Source of the DNA: a virus
DNA: 64,000 nt
Strand: one strand, 5' to 3'
Virus record (IMG/VR): IMGVR_UViG_3300020056_000025
Coordinates: 4,131-68,130 of that record
The notes below the pieces were generated by a model. It was not told the origin of the DNA, made no database searches, and worked only from the letters and a program-made list of their open reading frames with translations. Of this stretch, positions 18,463 through 27,577 are shown piece by piece; position 1 is the stretch's first letter; each line of letters opens with the position of its first letter. The position numbers and the translations under genes were made by a program.

Positions 18463-20745
18463 ATGTCAAATTACAATTATAACGTATCTTCATATTCAAA
18501 CTATGGTAGTTTATATTTTTCTTTTAGTGGGGATGCGTCTGGTTTAAATCCAAATATATCTATTAATGTTTCTAGTGGAGACACACTAACATTTAACGTG
18601 TCTGCAACGGGACACCCATTTTATATCAAAACTGCGTTAGGGTCTGGTAGTTCAAATGCTTATAATGATGGAACTAATAATAATGGAGATGATTCTGGAG
18701 TAGTTGTTCTTACTATTTCTGATTCCACTCCGTCTACTTTATATTATCAATGCGGTTTTCATTACTCTATGAATGGACAAATCAATCTAAATATTTCTAC
18801 TACCACAACAACGACAACCCCTACCCCAACAACCACAACGACTACAACTACCACAACGACTACGACTACCACTACGACCACTACAACTCCTGCTCCAACC
18901 ACCACAACGACAACCACAACTCTAACTAGCACCACTCCAGCGCCCTTAATAACATCTTCAACCACCACGACTACAACGGCTGAATATATACCATCTCTAT
19001 CTCTTTATCTTAATCAAAACGATGAAGATTTAGAACTTTCTGTTGAGTGGGATAGCAATATTATTGAGCCAAGCGTTACTGAGATATCTTGGTTTTTATC
19101 TTCTGGCAGCGTTGTCATTCGAGAATCTAGAAATACTGAAGATTTTCTAAATGACTCATTTGTTATAGACATGAGTAATTTATCTATCTCTTCTCAGTAC
19201 ACAGTTATAGTAAAACAGTATAATGATTCTGAGACATTAATATCCTCTTCTTCTTTTGTAACTCCCGGAATACCAACAACAACTACCACAACAACCACAA
19301 CAGACAGCCCCTTAGACGTGTTGATAGAAACTGTTAATCTAGATGATTGCTCTTGTGGTATTTTAAAATTACCTGCTGGTGGTTTTTACAAAAAAGAATC
19401 AGGATTAAAAGTTTTGTTAATTGATGACACTTCTAGCTTATCTTATGATTTAATTCATGATCAAGATATTTTACTTCAAAGAGAAGAACTTTTTGTTACC
19501 CTAACTAGTATTATTCCGAATTCTATACAACCCAAAAAAATGGCTATTTATATAGACACAGAAGATTATGTCAGAATGTCTCTAGAGAATATCATTACCA
19601 TAAAAGTTCAAGACTATATAAATAAAAAAACTTTAGCATATCAAACTTTTGGGTCTTACGGCATAAGGCAACGTATTAAAAGAACGAGCGTCATAGATAA
19701 ACCTTCTTTGGTTCTAAACTTAACTGGAACTACTAATCTTCAATATAATTCATTAATTATTAGTATTCAAAGTATGTGTAATAAGCAAAAAACACCATGT
19801 TGTGACTCTCTGCCTAACCTTGTAAAGATTACTACTGGAGACGGAGCTTTGTATGGATCTTATAATCTTTCATCTTCTTATTATTCGCCCCAAGGAGGAG
19901 GTGGTATTTGCATACCTCTAAAAGATCATTATGATTTAGATGAAATTAATTATGTAGTCGAAACTACTACCCCTCCCGAAACTGTAACTTTTGTAGAACC
20001 GTTATCTGCAACAATTCAAGAAGGTCAGGTAATACTATCTGCCAAAATGGAAAGCTCTTACGATTCTGATATCAGATATTGGTGGGAGTTGACTAGCTCT
20101 TCGCCAGTTACAAGATTAACAACTTTACAAAAAACTAAATCGGGAGAAACCGTTTCATTTACAGATAAAAGGTACGGCGATGCTAGTTATAGAATTTTTG
20201 TTGTAGATCCTGAAATAAAATACAGCGATGTTTTAAACGTAAACATTCCAGTAACAACAACTACGACCACTACGACTACCACGACCACAACTACTACAAC
20301 CACAACTCCAGCTCCTCCACAAACACAAGTATCCTTCTTAAGTAGTGGTGAAAGCAATGGGTGGGATAATTCGTTTGCAACTTGCTTTGGTGGCAAATAT
20401 GTATTTCCTTCTGAACTTAAAGAAAGAAATATCTATGGTGGCGTAAGAATATCAGCGAATGTTTCAGTTACTAACGCTTCTGGACCTACAACCTTTGAGT
20501 GGGAATACCAAACAAACGTTTACCAAGGAGTATCTTCCATCGGAAAGCTTAAATCTGGAGATTGTCTTGGTTATATCGATTGGTCTCAAGCGACTCAAAA
20601 ATCTACTTCTACTAATTCATATATTGATTTTCAAAAACGATACGATGAAACCATTAGAGTTGGAATACGCTGTAAAGCCACCAACAATGGCGTATCTGCT
20701 ATTTCAGAAATATTTTATCTTACAGTTTATGGCGCAGTAGCTTAA
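18463..20745 (+). CDS. Multidomain virion protein with N-terminal cupredoxin-like domain and poly-Thr linkers
   Basis: GDTLTFNVSATGHPFYI...LYYQCGFHYSMNGQI followed by a ~60-aa Thr/Pro tract. Start moved to ATG 18463, just after the previous stop. Confidence 0.65.
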   Translation: MSNYNYNVSSYSNYGSLYFSFSGDASGLNPNISINVSSGDTLTFNVSATGHPFYIKTALGSGSSNAYNDGTNNNGDDSGVVVLTISDSTPSTLYYQCGFHYSMNGQINLNISTTTTTTTPTPTTTTTTTTTTTTTTTTTTTTPAPTTTTTTTTLTSTTPAPLITSSTTTTTTAEYIPSLSLYLNQNDEDLELSVEWDSNIIEPSVTEISWFLSSGSVVIRESRNTEDFLNDSFVIDMSNLSISSQYTVIVKQYNDSETLISSSSFVTPGIPTTTTTTTTTDSPLDVLIETVNLDDCSCGILKLPAGGFYKKESGLKVLLIDDTSSLSYDLIHDQDILLQREELFVTLTSIIPNSIQPKKMAIYIDTEDYVRMSLENIITIKVQDYINKKTLAYQTFGSYGIRQRIKRTSVIDKPSLVLNLTGTTNLQYNSLIISIQSMCNKQKTPCCDSLPNLVKITTGDGALYGSYNLSSSYYSPQGGGGICIPLKDHYDLDEINYVVETTTPPETVTFVEPLSATIQEGQVILSAKMESSYDSDIRYWWELTSSSPVTRLTTLQKTKSGETVSFTDKRYGDASYRIFVVDPEIKYSDVLNVNIPVTTTTTTTTTTTTTTTTTTPAPPQTQVSFLSSGESNGWDNSFATCFGGKYVFPSELKERNIYGGVRISANVSVTNASGPTTFEWEYQTNVYQGVSSIGKLKSGDCLGYIDWSQATQKSTSTNSYIDFQKRYDETIRVGIRCKATNNGVSAISEIFYLTVYGAVA
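18799..18978 (+). repeat. Low-complexity Thr/Pro tract
   Basis: ACN-rich run encoding TTTTTTTPTPTTTT...PAPTTTT...SSTTTTTT. Confidence 0.9.
20254..20307 (+). repeat. ACN codon run encoding Thr18
   Basis: Mixed Thr codons, followed by PAPP. Confidence 0.85.
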
Positions 20746-20749
20746 TATT

Positions 20750-21190
20750 ATGAATAAATACATTACTCACAAACGACACTTAATAGCACGATGCGAACAG
20801 CGTGGATATTCAGTAGAAGAAGTTATGCCATGTGTTATAGAACAAAGAGATGATGATATTTGGGTCATAGACGTAAATCATCCAACCTATCCTAAAAGCA
20901 GGAGAGATGACCTTGTGCCAAAAAACGACATTGGCGACGGAGTTGGAACAGAATTAAAAAATATCTTATCTTGGATGAGAATCAAGTCTACTCCAACATG
21001 TTCATGTAATCAAAGAGCTAAACTCATGAATGACAGGGGTATAGATTGGTGTAAAGAAAATATCGAAGAAATATGCGACTGGCTCAGAGAAGAGTCAGAG
21101 AAAAGAAAAATACCATTTTTCAGATATGGCGCTAAAAAACTGATCAAACTTGCTATATCTAGAGCCAAAAGAAAATCCTCTATAAAATAA
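20750..21190 (+). CDS. Hypothetical Cys-containing protein
   Basis: 146-aa basic ORF with GVGTELK...CSCNQR...MN.RG.DWC; it closes the Thr-rich gene block. Confidence 0.7.
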   Translation: MNKYITHKRHLIARCEQRGYSVEEVMPCVIEQRDDDIWVIDVNHPTYPKSRRDDLVPKNDIGDGVGTELKNILSWMRIKSTPTCSCNQRAKLMNDRGIDWCKENIEEICDWLREESEKRKIPFFRYGAKKLIKLAISRAKRKSSIK

Positions 21191-21221
21191 TATTTCTAGA
21201 TAATACTTACTTTAAGCATTT

Positions 21222-21230
21222 GGTGTATAA
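21222..21230 (+). promoter_or_regulatory. Putative late promoter motif copy (GGTGTATAA)
   Basis: In a 91-bp intergenic gap, 60 nt before ATG 21282. Confidence 0.6.
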
Positions 21231-21281
21231 CTTATTAAGGAAATACCTTATTTTTAACGTTTTTTAGATCATGGGTGAAGT

Positions 21282-21803
21282 ATGTCGTGGCAGTCAGATA
21301 TTACAACGATGGTTCGCTATTTATTAGGAGATGTAGACTCTTCAAATTACACTTATTCTGACTCAAGAATTCAAACAACAATCTTAGTTGCTGCACAGCT
21401 TTTAATGTCTAGTGTCAACTTTGATCAGTCTTATAGTATTAGTATTTCTGAGCAAACATTGTCACCAGATCCTACTTCTTCAGGATCTCAAGATGACAAT
21501 TTTATAGCTTTAGTATCTCTTAAAACGGCCTGTGTTATAGTTGGTTCAGAGGTTAAATCTGAGTCTGGAAACTCAATATCTATTAAAGATGGACCTTCGG
21601 CTATTGACTTAAGAGGCGTAAGCAGTACACTCATGGCTTTGTACAAAGATTTATGCACAAAGTATGACTCATTAATGTTATCTTATCAAGCTGGCAATAG
21701 TATCGCTGGGCAAGCGGTTCTTGGCCCATACGCCCCCGGCAGTGATTTTGTTAGAAGAAGTTATTCCAACAACGACCTTAGAGGTGGTTATTTTAGAAAT
21801 TAA
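21282..21803 (+). CDS. Putative head-tail adaptor
   Basis: 173 aa. N-terminal VRYLLGDVD....YSD..I and a later SISIKDGPSAID hairpin resemble head-tail connector proteins. Confidence 0.6.
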   Translation: MSWQSDITTMVRYLLGDVDSSNYTYSDSRIQTTILVAAQLLMSSVNFDQSYSISISEQTLSPDPTSSGSQDDNFIALVSLKTACVIVGSEVKSESGNSISIKDGPSAIDLRGVSSTLMALYKDLCTKYDSLMLSYQAGNSIAGQAVLGPYAPGSDFVRRSYSNNDLRGGYFRN

Positions 21804-21814
21804 AGGAGAAAAAA

Positions 21815-22801
21815 ATGGCTGAGTCCAAAACAGTAACACAACTAGTTGATGATATCAACGACCGCCTTGCAGATAATAATGCTGGACAGATTAGCGCAAA
21901 AGACGTTAGAGAAACTATGCGTAATGTTGCCCATTCAATTCCATTCGTTGTTGCTAGCGGCGACTGGGACGTTCAAGGTAAAGAATTTATTAGTGATGTT
22001 CGATTAAGAACCCATGATTCTGGATCTGGCGATGAGGGTGGAACCTTAATCGTTCAGTCCGGTGTGGTTTTTGAAAACGGAAATCCCGATGGCGTTCTTG
22101 CCCAAACAAGGCCATACCTTGGTCCAACTGGAATCAATCACGGAGAGTTATTAAACTTAACTGGAACTAGCAATGACCACCATACACAATATCTATTAGT
22201 TGCCGGAACTAGATCTATGGCTGGCGATTTGGGCATGGGAGACAATTTTATTAAACATCACAATGATGGCAATTCCTATTCTGGTCACGGAATTCGGTTT
22301 GAGCATGTCGATGCAAATGAAGAAATATTACATGTTGGAGATGAAACATCCATTCAGTTTGATGTTGATGGAACCAAAATGACAACGGCCAGATCAAACG
22401 CTCAAGCTTGGGTTAATTTTAATTCTGTTTCTGGCGTTGGTGAGTCAAACACACTAATCGTGAACAGCTCTTACAATGTAAGCAGCGTTAAGCGAGTTAC
22501 TGAAAATGGCGTACCACAAGCGGGAAAATTTAGGGTTTATTTTAACGCTGGAACTTTCGACAATCCTTCTGGCATATGCGCAATTGGAACAAGTAATGCT
22601 AGATCCAGCAATGCTTCTGGTGGAGATTTTGATCAAAATACAGTTTCTTGCGTTGTAAGAAATTCTAATTATGTTACTTTTTATGTACAAGACGACACTA
22701 ATGCTTTCAGGGATGCTGAAGTGAATGACCTTATGGTTTTCGGAAATCCATCTGGAGTGATTCCTGCCGATACCGTTACGGTGGGATACGTAGCAGAGTA
22801 A
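21815..22801 (+). CDS. Fibre/collar-type virion protein
   Basis: Strong RBS AAAGGAG. Fibre motif HGELLNL...NDHHTQYLL and C-terminal domain AQAWVNFN...SSYNVSSV...GKFRVYF. Confidence 0.62.
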   Translation: MAESKTVTQLVDDINDRLADNNAGQISAKDVRETMRNVAHSIPFVVASGDWDVQGKEFISDVRLRTHDSGSGDEGGTLIVQSGVVFENGNPDGVLAQTRPYLGPTGINHGELLNLTGTSNDHHTQYLLVAGTRSMAGDLGMGDNFIKHHNDGNSYSGHGIRFEHVDANEEILHVGDETSIQFDVDGTKMTTARSNAQAWVNFNSVSGVGESNTLIVNSSYNVSSVKRVTENGVPQAGKFRVYFNAGTFDNPSGICAIGTSNARSSNASGGDFDQNTVSCVVRNSNYVTFYVQDDTNAFRDAEVNDLMVFGNPSGVIPADTVTVGYVAE

Positions 22802-22822
22802 TAATAAACAAAGGGGTTAATT

Positions 22823-24400
22823 GTGACTCAAAATGCTGTTAATTTATATGATCGTGTAAAAGAATTATCTTACACCACTGGCACTAATGATTTTGAACTT
22901 TCTGGAGCGTCTGCTGGCTTTAGCACGTTCAGTAGGTTTTATAGTCATAATGATATTATTTTTTACGCCATAACAGATGGAACTTTCTATGAAGTTGGAT
23001 CTGGTATTTTTAAGAGAGAAGATTATAGTGGCGTAGACAATATACATGTTGACACAATAGTAAGAAATCCTTTTAGAAGTAGCAATCTCGATAATAGTAA
23101 AGTAAATTTCCCAGCCGGAACAAAAGAGGTATATATAACCTATCCAGCAACTCACTCTGTTATTATGGGTTCTGGATTAAGTGGTGGGTTGAATACTCCA
23201 CAAAGACACGGAATAGCAGTTTGGGATTCCGAAAATATTCTCAATTATTTTTCTAATTTTGTTTTTACTGAGAATGGCGGATTAGGTATAAACAATAGTA
23301 ATCCATTGTATGGGATTGATCTCGGTGGTGATGCTCAAGACTATTCTTCAAGAGTAAGGGCGTCTGGTTACTATGTTGGTCCAACTGGTGTTTACTTTCA
23401 AGCAAATACAACTGGCGCGAATAGTAACGATGTTGGTCTAAACACTGATGCTTACCCTTATGCTGGTGGTCGTCAGTTTGTGCATTTTAAACCAAATTTA
23501 ACAGACGCAGGCATCACGCCCACTACAAATTCTCATTTGGTTTTTGACGTAAGCGGAGTGGTTAATGAATATCTTCTGTTAAAGAAACAACCTGCTGGCC
23601 AAGTGTTTGCTGGCCCTCTAACGTCTTGCGGTAGTCCACCTTGCGATGCTGATTACCCTTCTTTTAGACCTCTTGGAAGTGGCGATTTACCCCTTAGTGA
23701 ATTAGACACATTGTATACCACGAATATTCAGTTAGCAATTACCTCTGGAGACTTAGCTTCTTATACTGACTCTGAGATATTATCCGCTTCGGGAGCTTTA
23801 AATTCCTCTATTAGTGGAGTTCAAGATAATTTAGATATTCACGTTAGCGGATACGCTTCTGATTTAAGAGATTTGGAAGTTGCAATATCTGGTAAACTGG
23901 ATACATATTTACATCAAGTTGATCATGAACACCCATATGTTACAGCCTATATAGATAGATCTAATCAATTTGGCCACGAAGATAATTCAACGTATTGGAC
24001 TGATTCTCAGTGGTCTATAGTTCCATTCGCAGATGTAGAGTACCAGTCCAGCGATTCTTCTTGGGATACTAGCTCGTACTGGTATGATGTTCCCATGTCT
24101 GGAAGATACAACGTACAGGTTAATTTATCCAGTTTTTATGATGATGACGCCTCTCCTGCTCATGGTGACACTGTGTACCGATTAGCTACTAGTGGTAATA
24201 ATACAGTTAGTTATTCTTATACAAACGGATATGCAATACCAGCAAATCCCCTTACGATTGATGGCGGATCTAATTACATTTCATACAATTCCGTTAAGTC
24301 TCACAGCTGGAACATTAGTGTCCCAAGTGGTCACAAGATATTTTTAGAGTATGGTGGATTTTTATACAATATGAGCAATATTAGCATACACAAGATTTAA
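22823..24400 (+). CDS. Fibre protein with C-terminal C1q/TNF-like head
   Basis: GTG start. N-terminal DRVKE...TTGT..F.LSGA..GF anchor motif, VFAGP...PSFRPL..GDLP, SG-periodic stalk and C1q-like VPFADVEY...WD....YDVPMSGRYNV. Confidence 0.62.
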   Translation: MTQNAVNLYDRVKELSYTTGTNDFELSGASAGFSTFSRFYSHNDIIFYAITDGTFYEVGSGIFKREDYSGVDNIHVDTIVRNPFRSSNLDNSKVNFPAGTKEVYITYPATHSVIMGSGLSGGLNTPQRHGIAVWDSENILNYFSNFVFTENGGLGINNSNPLYGIDLGGDAQDYSSRVRASGYYVGPTGVYFQANTTGANSNDVGLNTDAYPYAGGRQFVHFKPNLTDAGITPTTNSHLVFDVSGVVNEYLLLKKQPAGQVFAGPLTSCGSPPCDADYPSFRPLGSGDLPLSELDTLYTTNIQLAITSGDLASYTDSEILSASGALNSSISGVQDNLDIHVSGYASDLRDLEVAISGKLDTYLHQVDHEHPYVTAYIDRSNQFGHEDNSTYWTDSQWSIVPFADVEYQSSDSSWDTSSYWYDVPMSGRYNVQVNLSSFYDDDASPAHGDTVYRLATSGNNTVSYSYTNGYAIPANPLTIDGGSNYISYNSVKSHSWNISVPSGHKIFLEYGGFLYNMSNISIHKI

Positions 24401-24402
24401 TC

Positions 24403-24885
24403 ATGCCAGTAAATATACCACAATCTGTTTTTGATAAATACTTCGATGTAATTGATTCTACATTCGACATATTTGGTGTTACATGTCAATTAGTGTCTAT
24501 CGAAAAAAGGGAAGTTATAGTTTACAATCCAGACAATAACCTTCCTAATATTAACACTATCAATGATCACAGGCGAGGCGGTGGAGATAGAAATAGAGGA
24601 ACTAAAACCATTAAAGAAGTTGAAGTTCTAACTGACATAAAATTAAAAGTATATTGGGACGCGAAACAGTTCATAAGAATAGCTCAAAACCTTGTTGTTC
24701 CAGACGCAGAAATACAAACTATTAGCTACATGTCTGATCTACCTAAAATACAAAAAGCAAAACAACTAATAGTTCATAAAGACATAAAAGAATATAAAGA
24801 AATGAGATTTGTTAGAACTGGAGATCCCATTCCAATGGGATTAAAGCAAAATAGATATCTTGGCTGTTTTTGGAAAAGAGCATGA
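24403..24885 (+). CDS. Putative head-closure protein
   Basis: 160 aa, beta-rich, ending PIPMGL...YLGCFWKR; position among head-tail joining genes. Confidence 0.5.
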   Translation: MPVNIPQSVFDKYFDVIDSTFDIFGVTCQLVSIEKREVIVYNPDNNLPNINTINDHRRGGGDRNRGTKTIKEVEVLTDIKLKVYWDAKQFIRIAQNLVVPDAEIQTISYMSDLPKIQKAKQLIVHKDIKEYKEMRFVRTGDPIPMGLKQNRYLGCFWKRA

Positions 24886-25508
24886 TATCAATTAAATTAT
24901 TAGATAGTTCTGCTAGTATTAGCAGAAAAGTTAATAAAGCCTGCGCTTCAGTTCTTAACAAAAAGCTAAAAAACAAGCAAAATTCTATACTAATTCAATC
25001 AAAACGAAAAGCTTTAGGATGGTTAATTTCTCAGCCCGAGATAACATCACTTAATGGTGGAGAGTTAGCTGGAGCTTTTGGTTTACCTGTTGGATCTGGC
25101 CCCTTGGTAACATCTGCATTAAGTCAAGCTTTTTTTAATAGTATATATCTTAAGTTTCAAGCTTTTGACAACAATCTTAAAAATGGAGGAATTTTTATTT
25201 ATTTTCAGCCCTCTGATTTTAATAATTTATTATCTTTATCAGAAGGTCATGTGATTTACCAGTTGGGAGATTTACATTGGCTTCGTTGGCTTTTAGAGCT
25301 TGGAGATAAAATTATTGTAACCGGATATCATTACAATGCTAAAAGTGGCACAGGTAGATCTTCACTTGGTTATATGGAGGCTGGCGGCGCTTTTCGTGTA
25401 CCACCTCAATTCTCTGGCGATTCAGACAACAACTTCATAACACGCGCTTTAATCGGTGAAAAACAAGAACGTCAAATAGGACAAATTTTAAAAAAGGCTT
25501 TAAACTAA
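24882..25508 (+). CDS. Putative neck/tail-completion protein
   Basis: Start at the ATGA overlap (MISIK). Basic protein with LHWLRWLLE.G and a C-terminal NNFITRAL motif. Confidence 0.5.
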   Translation: MISIKLLDSSASISRKVNKACASVLNKKLKNKQNSILIQSKRKALGWLISQPEITSLNGGELAGAFGLPVGSGPLVTSALSQAFFNSIYLKFQAFDNNLKNGGIFIYFQPSDFNNLLSLSEGHVIYQLGDLHWLRWLLELGDKIIVTGYHYNAKSGTGRSSLGYMEAGGAFRVPPQFSGDSDNNFITRALIGEKQERQIGQILKKALN

Positions 25509-26470
25509 TGGGTTTAATTAATTTAGATAATATATTTTCCTCTAATTTAAGTAATAAACTACTCGATAGTTTTATAGAGTATTTTGATTGGGAGCTTTTA
25601 AATAAAGGAAATTACTTTAACTCATCATTAGGAGAAATTTCTCCCAATGGGTTTGATTATTCTGAACTTAAACTATCTTCTTCTGAGCACCATTCTTCCG
25701 GCTCTGCTTGGGAAGCTTTTAGGTCTAATTGGGTTTGGCAGTCTGGTATTGCTCCTGATGGTTTTTCACCCCCTCTTGTTGGTCTTAACCACGACATACC
25801 CGGAATTTCAGGCGTTTATGTAGATAATGTTTTTTATCCTTCTTCGACCACTGGCGACTATTCGCACAAAGTAGACTATTTTAATGGTCGAATTATTTTT
25901 GACAACCCCATATCTACGTCTAGTAAGGTTCAGGCGGAATATAGCTATAAATATACCAATATTATGTATGCTTCAAACTTACCTTTTATTCGTGAAATAC
26001 AATATCGCACGCTTGATAAATCTGCTTTTTTTAATGAATCTACGAAAGGTGATTATTCAGTTCCCAGCGAGATGCGCGCGCAATTGCCTCTTATAGCAAT
26101 AGAAATTGTTCCGTCAAGATCATCTAAACCTCTTGAGTTAGGTTTACTTTCTCAAGTTACTTATACTGACATTCTGTTTCACTGCGTTTCAGAAGACGAA
26201 TTTACTAGAAATCAACTTTCAGACATTATTTCTTTACAGGCCGACACAGCCATACCATTGTTAGATTTGGACAAAATATCAAAAAATAACGCTTTTCCTA
26301 TCAATTATGAGGGTGTTCCGGTATCCGGCGCGCTAAGATATCCCGACCTTATTGACGCTTATTGTGCTGGTCATGCTAGGCTTTTAAACCCTAGAGTTCA
26401 GGGTATGGAAATGTTAAACTCAAACCTTTATGGGTCGGTCATTAGGGTTACGGCAGAAGTTGTCAATTAA
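25508..26470 (+). CDS. Putative tail terminator/neck protein
   Basis: TAATG-coupled and immediately before the tail tube. Contains VDYFNGRIIF..P....VQAEYSY and a terminator-like QLPLIAIE...DILFH...RNQLSDI. Confidence 0.55.
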   Translation: MGLINLDNIFSSNLSNKLLDSFIEYFDWELLNKGNYFNSSLGEISPNGFDYSELKLSSSEHHSSGSAWEAFRSNWVWQSGIAPDGFSPPLVGLNHDIPGISGVYVDNVFYPSSTTGDYSHKVDYFNGRIIFDNPISTSSKVQAEYSYKYTNIMYASNLPFIREIQYRTLDKSAFFNESTKGDYSVPSEMRAQLPLIAIEIVPSRSSKPLELGLLSQVTYTDILFHCVSEDEFTRNQLSDIISLQADTAIPLLDLDKISKNNAFPINYEGVPVSGALRYPDLIDAYCAGHARLLNPRVQGMEMLNSNLYGSVIRVTAEVVN

Positions 26471-26480
26471 TGTGTATAAA
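26471..26480 (+). promoter_or_regulatory. Putative late promoter motif copy (TGTGTATAAA)
   Basis: Begins immediately after the stop codon, 69 nt before the tail tube ATG. Confidence 0.65.
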
Positions 26481-26539
26481 CTAATATATCTTTCTTTCTA
26501 ATTATTGCTCACATCACACAAAAAAAATGGAGAATTAAA

Positions 26540-27568
26540 ATGGGTAGAATTTTTTATGGGCTAAATACAATTGTTATTCGCCGCACTTATAACTCTTGCA
26601 GCAGCCTTGCCAGTACTGCCGGTGGAGTTACAGGTTCAGTGGCGTATCCCCCAGAACTATATCGTTATTTTCAGAGCGTTGGAGTTAATTCAACAATAGA
26701 ATACGAGCAGCTTTTTGAATTAGGCAGAGTTGGATTATACGAAAATTTAGACGGACTTCCCGTAGCAGAGATTACTGTTGAGAAGGCTATGGATCATGAA
26801 GAGGCATTAGGGCTGTTCAGACAGGGTGGCGGTAATACATCCGCTATAGAAGATAGTACATTTCAGATTGAGATGGAGCTAAGAAAGCCGGGTGTAGGTG
26901 GTTGCGGAGCCTATACCGCTTCGGGTTTTGTCAATGTTGAAGGTGCGATTATGACCAATTACAGTATGAATTGGAATGTTGAGGGTCCATTAACAGAAAG
27001 TGCTACTTATGAAGCTTATGACATTGGTTGGTCTTCTGGTAATACCACAGATTTAATCAATGACACTAACGGGCTTGATGCGCAGCAGGCTTACCCCGAC
27101 ACAAGCGGCATAAGAACGAGAGAACATGCTACTGAAATTCGAAATCCTATGGGTGGCTATGTACAGTCTGTTACATTTAGCGTTGACCTTTCTAGAGAAG
27201 ATGTATTTACGCTGGGGAATAAAACACCCACAATTAGAAGCGTTCAAACCCCGCTCCAGTGTACTGCTGAATTTGAATGCGTTGCTGACTCTGCGTCTGC
27301 TTATGGTTTGGGTTTTAGTTCGGTTAATGAGACCACACAAGGATTGGAATACAGAGGTGTAGGTAGAACTCTTACTGCCGGTGTGAGTTGTCCAAACGAT
27401 GCAGGCGCCCCAGTCAAATTTTTAAAAATACCCAACGCTTATCTTACTAACACTACCTATAATGTGGATACTGGCGGTGGAAATGCAACGATTAATCACA
27501 CTTTCACTAATTACGGTGATGGTATGTCAGCCCATTATCGGGCGGGTGGTACGGATTACGACTATTAG
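26540..27568 (+). CDS. Tail tube (major tail) protein with internal duplication
   Basis: 342 aa, beta-rich, with its own promoter motif and RBS GGAG, upstream of chaperones and tape measure. Two copies of QSV.......E..F.LG. Confidence 0.7.
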   Translation: MGRIFYGLNTIVIRRTYNSCSSLASTAGGVTGSVAYPPELYRYFQSVGVNSTIEYEQLFELGRVGLYENLDGLPVAEITVEKAMDHEEALGLFRQGGGNTSAIEDSTFQIEMELRKPGVGGCGAYTASGFVNVEGAIMTNYSMNWNVEGPLTESATYEAYDIGWSSGNTTDLINDTNGLDAQQAYPDTSGIRTREHATEIRNPMGGYVQSVTFSVDLSREDVFTLGNKTPTIRSVQTPLQCTAEFECVADSASAYGLGFSSVNETTQGLEYRGVGRTLTAGVSCPNDAGAPVKFLKIPNAYLTNTTYNVDTGGGNATINHTFTNYGDGMSAHYRAGGTDYDY

Positions 27569-27577
27569 AGATAAATA

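Noticed and set aside
18762-18968. Minus-strand poly-Val ORFs (also 20187-20396 and the Cys-rich 14560-14745)
   Set aside because: These are antisense or alternate-frame shadows of the ACN Thr tracts, with no RBS or independent support.
13756-20307. Thr tracts as CRISPR array or phase-variable microsatellite
   Set aside because: There is no repeat-spacer structure. The tracts are in-frame triplets with mixed codons, so slippage would not switch frame.
21191-21281. tRNA or other RNA gene in intergenic gaps
   Set aside because: The gaps are short and AT-rich, with no cloverleaf or T-loop GTTCRA context.
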